From NCBI GenBank assembly GCA_048013815.1, contig CM106585.1, positions 22,320,001-22,384,000 of the forward strand: a stretch of DNA of 64,000 bases, given 5' to 3'. The notes beneath the pieces are model-generated. The model did no database searches. It was given only the letters and a program-made list of their open reading frames with translations, and was not told the origin of the DNA. The translations under genes and the position numbers were made by a program. The first letter of the stretch is position 1. The number at the start of each line of letters is the position of its first letter. Origin of the DNA: Setoptus koraiensis (lineage: Eukaryota; Animalia; Arthropoda). Below are positions 40,101-50,600 of the stretch, piece by piece.

Positions 40101-40950
40101 GGGCGCCCCCTATCGACATCATCGAATCGACAGTATCGATGCGGGTGCTCGCGTTTGCCGTTACAAGTGCGATGTGTTTTACATGTATCATCACTGTTTA
40201 TCACTGTTTTTATCATTGTTTGAATTGTCGATTCAAGCCTGGCCGGTATCTCGCCGACGAACCGCTGGCGGGCGCAAAAAAGTCGCTTGCTTCGGCCTGG
40301 TTCGGCCTGGTTCGGCTCGGTTGGCGCTGTCGACGACCGGCAACAACGACAACGAGCTGCCGTTTGTTTGTCGAGTCACAAATCAAATATCCAAATTAAA
40401 TCCGGCCAACACACAACAGACAACAGAAGCTTGTTTGTTCAATTGGCTCGACTGGATGGGCGCTTGTTTGCAGTTCACGCGCACCCAAGAGATAAATAAA
40501 TACGAGACAGTGAGAGAGAGATAAGAAAAAACAAACACATACAAACAGCATTCGATCAGTTATGTAATGTTGATGTCGTCGTCGTTGTGTTTGCCCACTG
40601 GGCCCACAACTGGCTGACAATTGCGAGATAACTGAACCATTTGAGACTCGCTCTCTAGCAAGCTTGTCAGGTGTCTCTGGGTGGGGGGGGGGGCATCTGT
40701 CATCGGTGGCATACTGCTGACGATTGCTACATGTCGATACTTGCGATAACTGCAACTGTCAACTGTCAAACTCTGACAACTGCCAATGGCTAGACAAACA
40801 ACGCCATTTATAGCGACATTTATAACGGTACATAAACCGGCACAGGGGGCGCGCACACAAGCAATGGATACCATCGATTGATCGATGATTGTCGCCTTGT
40901 TATCTCTCGTCGGGCGCCCCTCCAGCCGAGCGCCAGAGTTACACAGTGCA

Positions 40951-41010
40951 CGAGTTAGCCGAAGTTAGCCGAAGTTAGCCAGAGTTAGCCTGAGTTAGCC
41001 TGAGTTAGCC
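40951..41010. repeat. 10-bp tandem repeat (NNAGTTAGCC) x6
   Basis: cgagttagcc gaagttagcc gaagttagcc agagttagcc tgagttagcc tgagttagcc. Confidence 0.9.
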
Positions 41011-42173
41011 GGAGTTGCAGAGGTTGAGAGGTTGTCCGAGGGGCGACTCTCTGGCAACGAGCGCCGACGGCCGACAACGAGCGCTGGCGTCAACAAGGTA
41101 TGAGAAATTGTTATCTTATTGAGAACTTGTCGTTGAGAACTTCTTCTTGCCAGCGACAATCGACTCAATTGCATCTCACAATTGTCAGCCGGTCGTCGCC
41201 CGAATTGGTGTCCGCGGCACAACGAGCGACCAGCGAAGCGACACCATCGCTCGCTCGAGTCAGCCCGAATTATCCCCCGAATAACAACTCGAATAAACAG
41301 CTCTCATATACAGAGTATATATGTGAGCTGTGTGGCGATGAGCGGCGACCGATAGACAGATAACGAGACACGGTGACAACTACGAGCTGACACACGGCAC
41401 AAGATTTATTGTTTGCTGGGGCCAAGTCAAATAACTCACTCCGATGGCCAGATAATCGATCGCATTAGCCGGCCTTGTCCAATTAAATCAAATCGGCGCG
41501 CATCTCGCCCATTCCGCATCTCTCGTCCGGCCTGACCGTCAGCTGAGCCGCACCTCGGCCGCTCTGTCCGCTCTGGCCGCTCGGGCCGCGGATGAATGTA
41601 TGACGCACGATCCGCCGCTGCGGCCACTCGAAGCGATTGCGTTAATTGTCCTGATTAATCTTGATTAATTAACGGGACGCGCACTCGTTAATGACGCGGC
41701 CCTCGTTGATGGCCGGCAATTGCGATATCGTGATGTGCGTGTGTATGCACGCTGCCCATGAGAGATCGCATAGCAGCTTGTTAGCTCGTGCTGGCCGCTA
41801 ATTTGTGTGCGATCGCGCCGCCGTGATTTCAGATTCAATTTAGATTTGATTTTATATTTCACTCATGAGTATATCAGCCCATTGAGTATATCCGAATCAG
41901 TGGTTCGGCCGATTTGGGTGATATACTCACTGTGCACTTGTTCGTCGCAAGCCGCGCCAACATGACGCCAGGGGGCGGCCCTCACCTGTTGGTGGGCCCT
42001 CTCACCTGTAAACAGAGTGGCCAGTTTCGCGTTATCAATATTGGCAGTTTTGCTGGCTCCAGGCTGGATGAGCCGCTGCCACAATTGCTGTGACTAGCGC
42101 TCGTTGGAGATGATGATAACTTCATTACAAATGGACAGAGAATCGTGCTCGTCGCACTTGCAACAACAGCAGC

Positions 42174-42204
<31 letters not shown>

Positions 42205-45159
42205 ACAGCAACAACAACAACGGCGCAGAGTGACCGTGACTATGACGACTCAATCATGTCATGACGGATTGGCAGTGGGCAGCCCGAGCGAGCAATTACG
42301 GCGATCGCTGGCCAACTGCAAGGTAATCATCGCAATCATCATGCTGGCCGGCTTCTTCGGGCGCGTTCTTTGGCCGCTGTCATCATGATACCGGCACTGA
42401 TACGGCCAGCGCATGCGGCCCGAGACGCGCTGTCCAGGGCGGCGAGAGCGCACGGCACGCACTTAAGCCATCATGAGCGCACTGGCCGCTCCGAAGCGCC
42501 GCCGAACGCGACGGCCGCTCGAGTTGCCAGTTGGAGCTGCGAATGCCAACGAATATGAATATTCTCCAGTGTTGCAGTCGCTGGAATCTGCTCGCGCCGG
42601 CGAACGTTCGCAGCGTTCGCAGCGTTCGAACTTCGGAGCGCGGCCAGCGTTCGAGGGTTCGCGGCGTTCGAAGGTTCGCGGCGTTCGCAGCGTCGTCAGC
42701 GAACTTGTAAAATGCGAGCCTTCGAAAAGAGAAGCCGCCACTGTTACACTTTGCCCACTCGCTGCACTGTCCCTCAATATCGATTATGATAAACATCATC
42801 AACAACAACAACATGTGGCCGGCCGCCCGGGCCACGCCCCTGTGCCCATGGTCGCTAGTCACGAATCGGCGGGGTGCACGCGATTGCTCGTCGTCATTGT
42901 TGTCGTTGTTGTTGTCGTTGTTGTTGTCGTTGTTGTTGTTGTTGCTGTTGTCGTTGTTGCTGTTGTTGTTGCTGCTGTTGTTGTCGCTGTTGTTGGCTTT
43001 TCATTTTTCATTTTTCTGCCATTCTGGCCGATTTCGCGCGGCCAGACGGTGCGAACACAAATTCGCAAATAATCTGTCGTCGTCGCCGTGGCGCTATGGC
43101 CGCTCCGGGCACGCTCACACCGGGCCGGCCTAATGGACAACAAGTGTCTCGTTGGCTGCTCGGGTCCACCTTTCGGGCGGGCCCAGCAGCACGGGCTGCC
43201 CCACAAGTGCCGTGTTTCGGCCGCAGCCGTCCCGAAAAAGCGGACCCGTCCCGAAACGGCCGACCCGTCCCAAGTCCCGAAACGATAGCGGACGGCGGAC
43301 GACGGGCAGCGGGCGTCGTTTTGCTGGAAAAAGGGACGCCGTGCAGCCGACGGACAAATTGCGCATTTGCCCGTTCGGCCGGCCCGGCGCTCGGCGTGTT
43401 GGCCGATTTCGGTGCGTTGGCCATGCTCAAGTTGGTGTGCATGCCACCATTTGTGCATTTGTCCGAACTGGCGAACACAAATCGAAGCAACAATCAGATA
43501 ATATCTGCGAGACGCTTCTCATGTATGCACAGTGTGCGCTGAGACCACGGTCACGATGATAACTTAATTGCGTCACTGGTCAGTCCGTCTGCAGTCTGGC
43601 GGTTACATTGGCCGTGTGTGTGATTTCGTCGCCGCGATGATTAAGTGTTGATAACGACACGCACTGGCCGCCAGTCACAACAGCGCCGCGAATCATTGCG
43701 CCATCGTGTGGGCCCGGCCGCGGACATTCGAAGCTCTTCGGCTGTGCGGCCGTTCGAATCGCGAGTCTGCAGCCTCGAACTGCGACTTCGAACTGCGAAC
43801 TCGCCACTTGGAACTGGCAACTTCGAACCGCGGCTCCGAATTTCGAAGCAACGAGCGCATGTGTGCCGTATTATCTGCTGACGGCCATCAAGCGGCATCA
43901 ATCAGATGATGACAATTTATATGTGAGCCCCGTCCATTCGAGCACATACATTTATGTGGACACAGCTCTCGCATAAAGAGCCTACGCATAAGGCGACCGT
44001 TGCACGCAGTCCATTTTTTATGCCCGCGAGTGCCGCGAATTCTTGCCTCGCTCTCGCCCCGTCGCTGCGACGGAATTCTCGCGACAGAGCTCTTGCCTGC
44101 GACCGAATGCTTGCCTGCGACAGAATTCCGCTTGGCGCATTCGAACGCTGCTTGTCGGCTTGGGCGTTGCGGGGCACGCTTGTGACCGGCGCGAACAAGT
44201 GCGCTATGGCCGCCCGTTCCGAACGCCCGTTCCGAACGCTCGCTTCGAACGCTCGCCGCGACAAGCGCTTCGACAAGTGCTGCGTTTAATTGCGACTGCA
44301 ACAACGACAGATAGCCATCTCGGCGCTGACAGTCACGCAGTCAGCGACGAGATGGCCGCTTTAATTGCCATTAGTGAGCAGAGAAATCAATTAGAAAACA
44401 AGTTATATCAGCGTGCCCAAATCAAATAAATGCCCTCTTGCCCACCGGCCAATCGCCCTGATTTTGATTTCGATCGCCCATGCTCGCCGGCTCGCACCGC
44501 ACCGAGCCGCGCCGGCCGCTCGTCGCTCGAAATCGAGTCGCTCCAAACCGAGTCGCTCCAAACCGAGTCGCTCGAACTCGAGTCGCTCGAATCAAAATTC
44601 CGCGCCGGCGATGCGAGCAACGCGCCCAACGACCCACTGCAATTGAGTGCGATACTTATTTATTGTGGGCGCTCCCACTGGCAGTCGTTGCAGATCGAGG
44701 GGCGAGATACCGGCACACTGACCGCTGTCCCGACTTGCGCCGGGATCCGCGTTCGAACGCCAGCGACGAACGCCGACTTCGGAACGCCAAATTCGGAACG
44801 CCGAATGGCGAGTTCGCGACAACAATCGCCGTTTCCACGTTCACAAATCACATTTAGCGCACACTCATCATGCTGTCGAAACGTGCACTCGCCGTCCTCG
44901 TCTCCATTTATCCATTTATATCCGCCCGTCCGGCTATCCGTATCTATCGACAAAACTCTGTCAACAAATATATATCGCCGAGGGAGTAATCTCATTAATA
45001 TCGGCTCGTGCATGCCCATCTCCGACTGTCGCAGTCGGACAGGCCGCTTGTTTGAGCATTTGCACTTCACTTTTTGCCATTTTGGCCATTTGGCGAACAC
45101 CGATCAGGTGGCGCCATCTCGCGAGCCGTGTGTGCCGCCCGTGTCGGATACTCGCAAAT

Positions 45160-45225
45160 TGTCGGATATTTTCACACTGTCGGATATTCTCACACTGTCG
45201 GATATTCTCACATCGTCGGATATTT
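45160..45225. repeat. 18-bp tandem repeat (TGTCGGATATTCTCACAC) x3.7
   Basis: Units start at 45160, 45178, 45196 and 45214. Confidence 0.9.
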
Positions 45226-45849
45226 CGTCCGCCTGCTCGGCCCACAATACCCAACTACCCACAGTATCGGGCTACCCACAGTATCCGACCAGCCAGAGTG
45301 TCCGACCAGAGGGCCCCACGACGGCTTATCGGGCCGGCTCGAGACTATTTTCCAGAGGAGCCATTTCTGGCTGCTGCGCCATGTTGCCAGCAAGTATCGT
45401 TTTGGGGCGATTTGGGGCGAGTTTGTGTTTGAGCTAGCGTCTTGTCGGAATGCGCGTGTGTTTGGCAAAAAGATTTCGCCAATGGTTCGCATACACGCAA
45501 TTCAGCCCGTAGACGCGGTGCCCATAAACATTGGAAGTGATATGGCCGGGCTAACGACGACAATCAGCACAACGAGGCACTCGATGCAAGTTTGTTGCCG
45601 GGTTCGTTTGTTTGCGTTTCTTTGGCAGCCTTGTTTGGCGTTGTTGTTTGGCAGCGTTTTAAAATGGTTCAGCAACAGCAGCGCCAGTGGATATAACAAT
45701 CGAGATAATGGCTCGGTGATTTATTGCCAAATGGAAGGCGCAGTTGGCGGCTGGTTCGTTCAACTCAAAAGTTGTTGCATTTTAAACAAAGAGGCCCAAC
45801 GCAAAATAATGAGGAGCCCCAAATGGCGATGGGCCAGTGATGAGCCTCA

Positions 45850-45894
45850 GAGCAGTGAGCGGTGAGCAGTGAGCAGTGAGCAGTGAGCAGTGAG
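45850..45894. repeat. 7-bp tandem repeat (GAGCAGT) x6
   Basis: Six units, one with a substitution. Confidence 0.9.
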
Positions 45895-47490
45895 TGTGCT
45901 TGAGTGGGTCCCGCCGGCACGCATAACTGTGCGCGTTCGCTCGGTTTGTTTGTTTGTTTGTTTGTAGGGTTAAGTCGGCTCGAGTTGGCCCCATTGTCTG
46001 CATGCAGCTTATATCTGGGGATATATATATATATATATGTATGGATAAGTATGTTACAGTTGGCAATTGGGCCGCCATTGGCTGTGTAGCGGCGCAAACA
46101 TGACGCGCGTTATCGCCAGCGCAAATCTAGAAAATTATTTATTGTTGCGTCATACGTCGTCGTCGTCGTCGTCGTTGTCTCACTGCTCGTCGGCTTGTGC
46201 TCGACGGCCAGAGCGGTTGCGCAACAGACTAGTTGTGTGTGTGTGTCTTTGATTAGATGTCACGATTTGATTAGCTGATTTGTTGTTGTTTGCAACAACT
46301 GCTATTACTGGCACTGGCACTGGCGCTGCCAGTCATAAACTGCCTCTCATAAAGCGCCCTCGTATGGCCGTCCCGTGCGGCTCGCGCTGATGCGGCCCCA
46401 CAAGCCAGAAGGGGGGCGCTGCAAAAGAATGCACTGGGCCACGAATGGATGGCCAATGTTGATGTTTGCCGAGAGAATCATGACGCAACACGAGCGCCAA
46501 CATTAATTTCACAATAGACAACAACAACAGCGCCAACAACAACAACAACAACAAATGAGCAAACGATGACGCTTCGTTTTTTCTCCTCTTTAGAGAGAGA
46601 GGGGGGGAAACTGGCGCCGCTCGTGCAGCACGTGCTGCTGCTGCCGCTGTGTTGCTATGATACACAATGACGGGGCCCCAACACACGCCAAACAAAGCAA
46701 ATATCTACTGTCTGTGTGTTATAATACTCGTGTTATATAATAGTATAATATACTTCAGTGCACGCTCAGCCGATCTGAATGAATGCGGCCGAAATGCACT
46801 CATTTGAGCACTGTGCCAACTGTGGCAACGAATAACGGTACAGCACGCCGGCACAATAATGAGTTGCGTAATCAGCGCTCAAACAGAAGCGACTGCTGCC
46901 ACTGAATTGATTGCGATTGTGCGGCTCGTGCAACTCGTTTCCTCTTTGCCTCACTGCCTCACTGCCAGCTCGACTGCCAGCCAAGCCGATCTCTGGCAGT
47001 GAGCCAGTGAGGCTTGCGTTCGCGCCGCCTAATCTAATCTAGTTTGGGGCCCCGTTTCCTGGCCTCAAACTTGCCGGTCGCGCTGACCGACGCCACGGCA
47101 AGCGGCCACGTCACGGCGACCAGCGAGAATGCAGTTGCCAGTTTCGAGTTGCCAGTTTGCTCACTTCCTATGACTGTCCCGCGACTGCAAGACTGCATGA
47201 CTGTATGACTGTCCTATGACACACTCTCAGAGCACACATACGCGCATAATTAGAGCGCGCGAGATAATTAGAACGGCTATCAGCTCGTTATCTGGCCGGC
47301 TCGCTGATTACGGCCTGATCGTGCCGCAATGGGGCCCCGCGAGCCATGCCCGTGCTCTATGGCTCGTTCGAAAATGGCCGCCATCACTTATTATCGCTCT
47401 CGCAGCGCCCAAACAAGCGCCGTCTGTCCATCATTCGTTACTTTGCCCCCTCTGTCGGCTAATTATCAGCTGGCCGCAGCCAATCCGGCG

Positions 47491-47558
47491 ATATCCAAAT
47501 ATCCGAATATCTGAATATCCCAATATCCCAATATCCCAATATCCCAATATCCAAATAT
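47491..47558. repeat. 8-bp tandem repeat (AATATCCC) x8, imperfect
   Basis: Lies about 90 bp upstream of the first recognised Sema exon. Confidence 0.85.
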
Positions 47559-47650
47559 TTATGCCTAGCACAACTCATATTCCGACTTGTAGGTATTATG
47601 TAATATTAACCTTTACATTCTTCATCTTGTTCACCCCCAAACGCATACAG

Positions 47651-50600
47651 AGAAACGCGCTTAGACTGGAGCCCAAGGACCCGTACAAGTGCGTCAATAA
47701 GGGAAAATCAGAGGTAAGTTGTCGTTGATTGTTTTATCGGCGTTTTGTCGGCAATGATTGCGCCATTGCGACAAGTGGGCCAAGTGCAACACGCCGGCAA
47801 ATGACACTGGACAATTTTGTTGTGGCACAATTAGTAGTGTCACATCATTTAAGTGATATAGGTATTGAGATATCTGTCGAGACGCTGTTGTTGGCCGGCC
47901 AGCTTTTACGGCCACTGAAGGCGTCGTTCGGTGCGACGTGATCACGATTAATAATGATTTCTTTGCTGCCTCGGGCGCTGCCATCCATCAATTTAATTTG
48001 ATGTCATCATGTATCGCTCTGCTGTTTCTGTCAAGGCCGTCTCACATCTTTTATCTGGTGCCTTTTATCGTCTGCTGCCGTCTCTCGCTTTTCTGGCTTC
48101 TCCGTGGCCTGTTGGATTTGCCAATTCGGGCCACTCTGCCGATTGTGGCCACTCTGCCGATTTTGGCCACTCTGCCCATTCGGGCAACTCTGCCGATTCC
48201 GGCGACACCAACGGCAGTGCATGGCGCGAGCAGGTGGCTCTGGTGGCCGAAATCGTAATGATGATGAGTGGCCTCAAGTGGCCATAGTTGCGGCCATTGC
48301 CAGCGAGACTTATCTGCGATTTTGGCCACGATAAGCAGCACGATAACAGTGTCGTCATCGCTAAAAGTTATCGTTGCATCGTTATTATCATGCTAGTTAT
48401 CAAATTGATACAAATTGCGCAAGCGATGCCGCTCTGCCGGCCAACAGCGCTCTCAAAGTATGAAGCATGAGGCAAAGTTCACACAGGTGAGCAGCGTTGT
48501 TGCCGTTGCGCCTGTGTCTCGCCATTGGCCTGTGTCTCGCCATTGGCTTGTGTCGATTGGCATTGCGTTGCAACATTGCGTAACAGTGTGCGACACTGTT
48601 ACGCGACGGCCAATGGAACCATCAAATTAGCAGCAGAGGAGCGTATGAATTAGTGTGTAGCCCGAGGCTTGCAAACAATCAATAGCGGCGGTTCTAGTCA
48701 TTTGCATAATTAGCTCGTCGAAGTTGCCGGCGACAGCCACTGCCACTAGCGACAGCATTCGCAAATTAACCGCTTCTATTTAAACTATCCAACCATCTGT
48801 AACTAATCTAATTTCTCTCCCTCTCTCTCTCTCTCCCTCGCTCTCTATCTCGTCTCGTGGGTCGTTATCGTCGTCGTCGTCGTCGTCTCGCCGAACGCTA
48901 ATTGCGACACCCCAACGACCGACCGAACGCAACTCGATGCTTATAATTGGTCCAATTATCATCATTCAAACATTACCATAAATATGCGCCAAACAAACAC
49001 ATCCTATCATATCATATCATATCATATGAATACGCAATCTCTATGACACGCCAAATGCATTATGCAACATACATATTATATATGCAACATGCAACTTAAT
49101 ATTATGCAATGCAGAATTATGATTGCAGAAACCATATCAAAGTTATCCAACCAATGGGCAAATCCAGTGAGAAGCTATACGTTGCCGGAACTAACGCCTA
49201 CAATCCCAGGGATTATGTTATAACGGTGAGCTCTCTACTTAACTCTACTCAAACGCACCATCTACTGGCCGACAGCGCAAACAACAACCTATTGCTAACT
49301 TACCAATATACCTTTTTTTTCATGCTTGTTATGCGACAATAGACGAACCTCCAAGAGTCGCCCGAGATGCTGCCGGGCGCGGGCAACGGGCACGCCAAAT
49401 GCCCCTACGGTCCGGACGACAATTCCACCGCTGTGTGGGTGGGTAAGTGTCAAATAAATACATAAACAAACCAGCCCCGCTACGCCAATTTACCGTCGGC
49501 AACCCCAAACTAACCCGCAATTCATACCCGTTATTGTTACCCGCAATTGTTACCCGCAATGGCACCAATCTGACGCGCAGAATCGGGCAATCCCTCCAAC
49601 ATAAGCGGCATTTACACGGGCACCACGGCCGAGTACAGCAAGGCCGACGCCCTCATATACAGACAGGATCTCTATTGGGCCAACGGCACCAAGGCCTACG
49701 ACGCCAAGCGCACGGCCAAATACGATTCGAAATGGCTCGACAGTAAGTGCAAAACTAGCCATGCAAAACTACACAAAATCACCTGTTACCTGTCAGCAAT
49801 CCACTAACCGATCATCTCAATCATGGCAACAATTCCGAACAGAGCCCAATTTCGTCGGATCGTTCGACATTGGCGAGCACGTGTACTTTTTCTTTCGCGA
49901 GAGTGCCATAGAGTACATCAATTGCGGCAAGAGCATCTATTCGCGAGTGGCGCGCGTTTGCAAGGTAGGTCAAAACTTTTGACTCAAAAGTGTCGAAACT
50001 GTCACAACTGGTTGCATATCGCATCACAATATGTCACACATAAATGTTACATAATGCGGAAGCCTAATTGCTAATTCGACATTAATTAATATATTCATTG
50101 TATTTATCCGCATTTGCATGCCCGCTCGTGTCCGCTGTCCCGTGCAGCGCGACAACGGCAGCAAGCCGCACCTGAGCGCCAAGGAGTGGACCTCGTTCAT
50201 GAAGGCGCGCCTCAACTGCTCAATAGCTGGCGACTTTCCCTTTTACTTTGACGAAATTCGTGAGTATTCCCACCATCCGTTCGCTCGCTTGGCCGCACCA
50301 ATCAGCCGACCGAGCAGCTCAAACTGAACTCACTGTGTCTGTCTTACGAATCAATTAATTAACATTCGTCAATCAATTAATCGAAAATTGTCAATCAATT
50401 AATCGATAATTGTCAATCAATTAATAATTAATCGCGCAGAGTCAATCTACCGGAACCCCAACGACGAGCGCAAGTTTCACGCCATTTTCACCACGAGCAA
50501 CAACGGACTGACCGGTTCGGCCATTTGTACCTTTACACTGGACGCCATACAGCAATCGTTCAATGGCAATTTCAAGGGTCAGGTAGACTCAAGTCACGCC

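Noticed and set aside
40951-41010. AGTTAGCC array as interstitial telomeric repeat
   Set aside because: The unit is 10 bp and does not match TTAGG or TTAGGC.
7990-44820. CGAAC/TTCG islands as heat-shock elements or CRISPR arrays
   Set aside because: An HSE needs alternating nGAAn units with TTC every 10 bp; the observed periods are 7, 8, 9, 13 and 15, with only isolated 2-unit matches. There are no identical repeats with unique spacers and no cas genes, and the context is eukaryotic.
357-47500. Hundreds of 60-300 aa ORFs in the supplied track (polyQ, polyL, polyT, polyC; e.g. 16229-17029, 29592-30404, 38981-39871)
   Set aside because: They are translations of CAA/TTG microsatellites and tandem duplications, overlap in several frames, often start at TTG/GTG, and show no recognisable domain.
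289-48490. CAGGTGAG copies as recursive splice sites of a giant Sema intron
   Set aside because: At least as many copies are on the minus strand, and the plus-strand copies lack upstream pyrimidine tracts.
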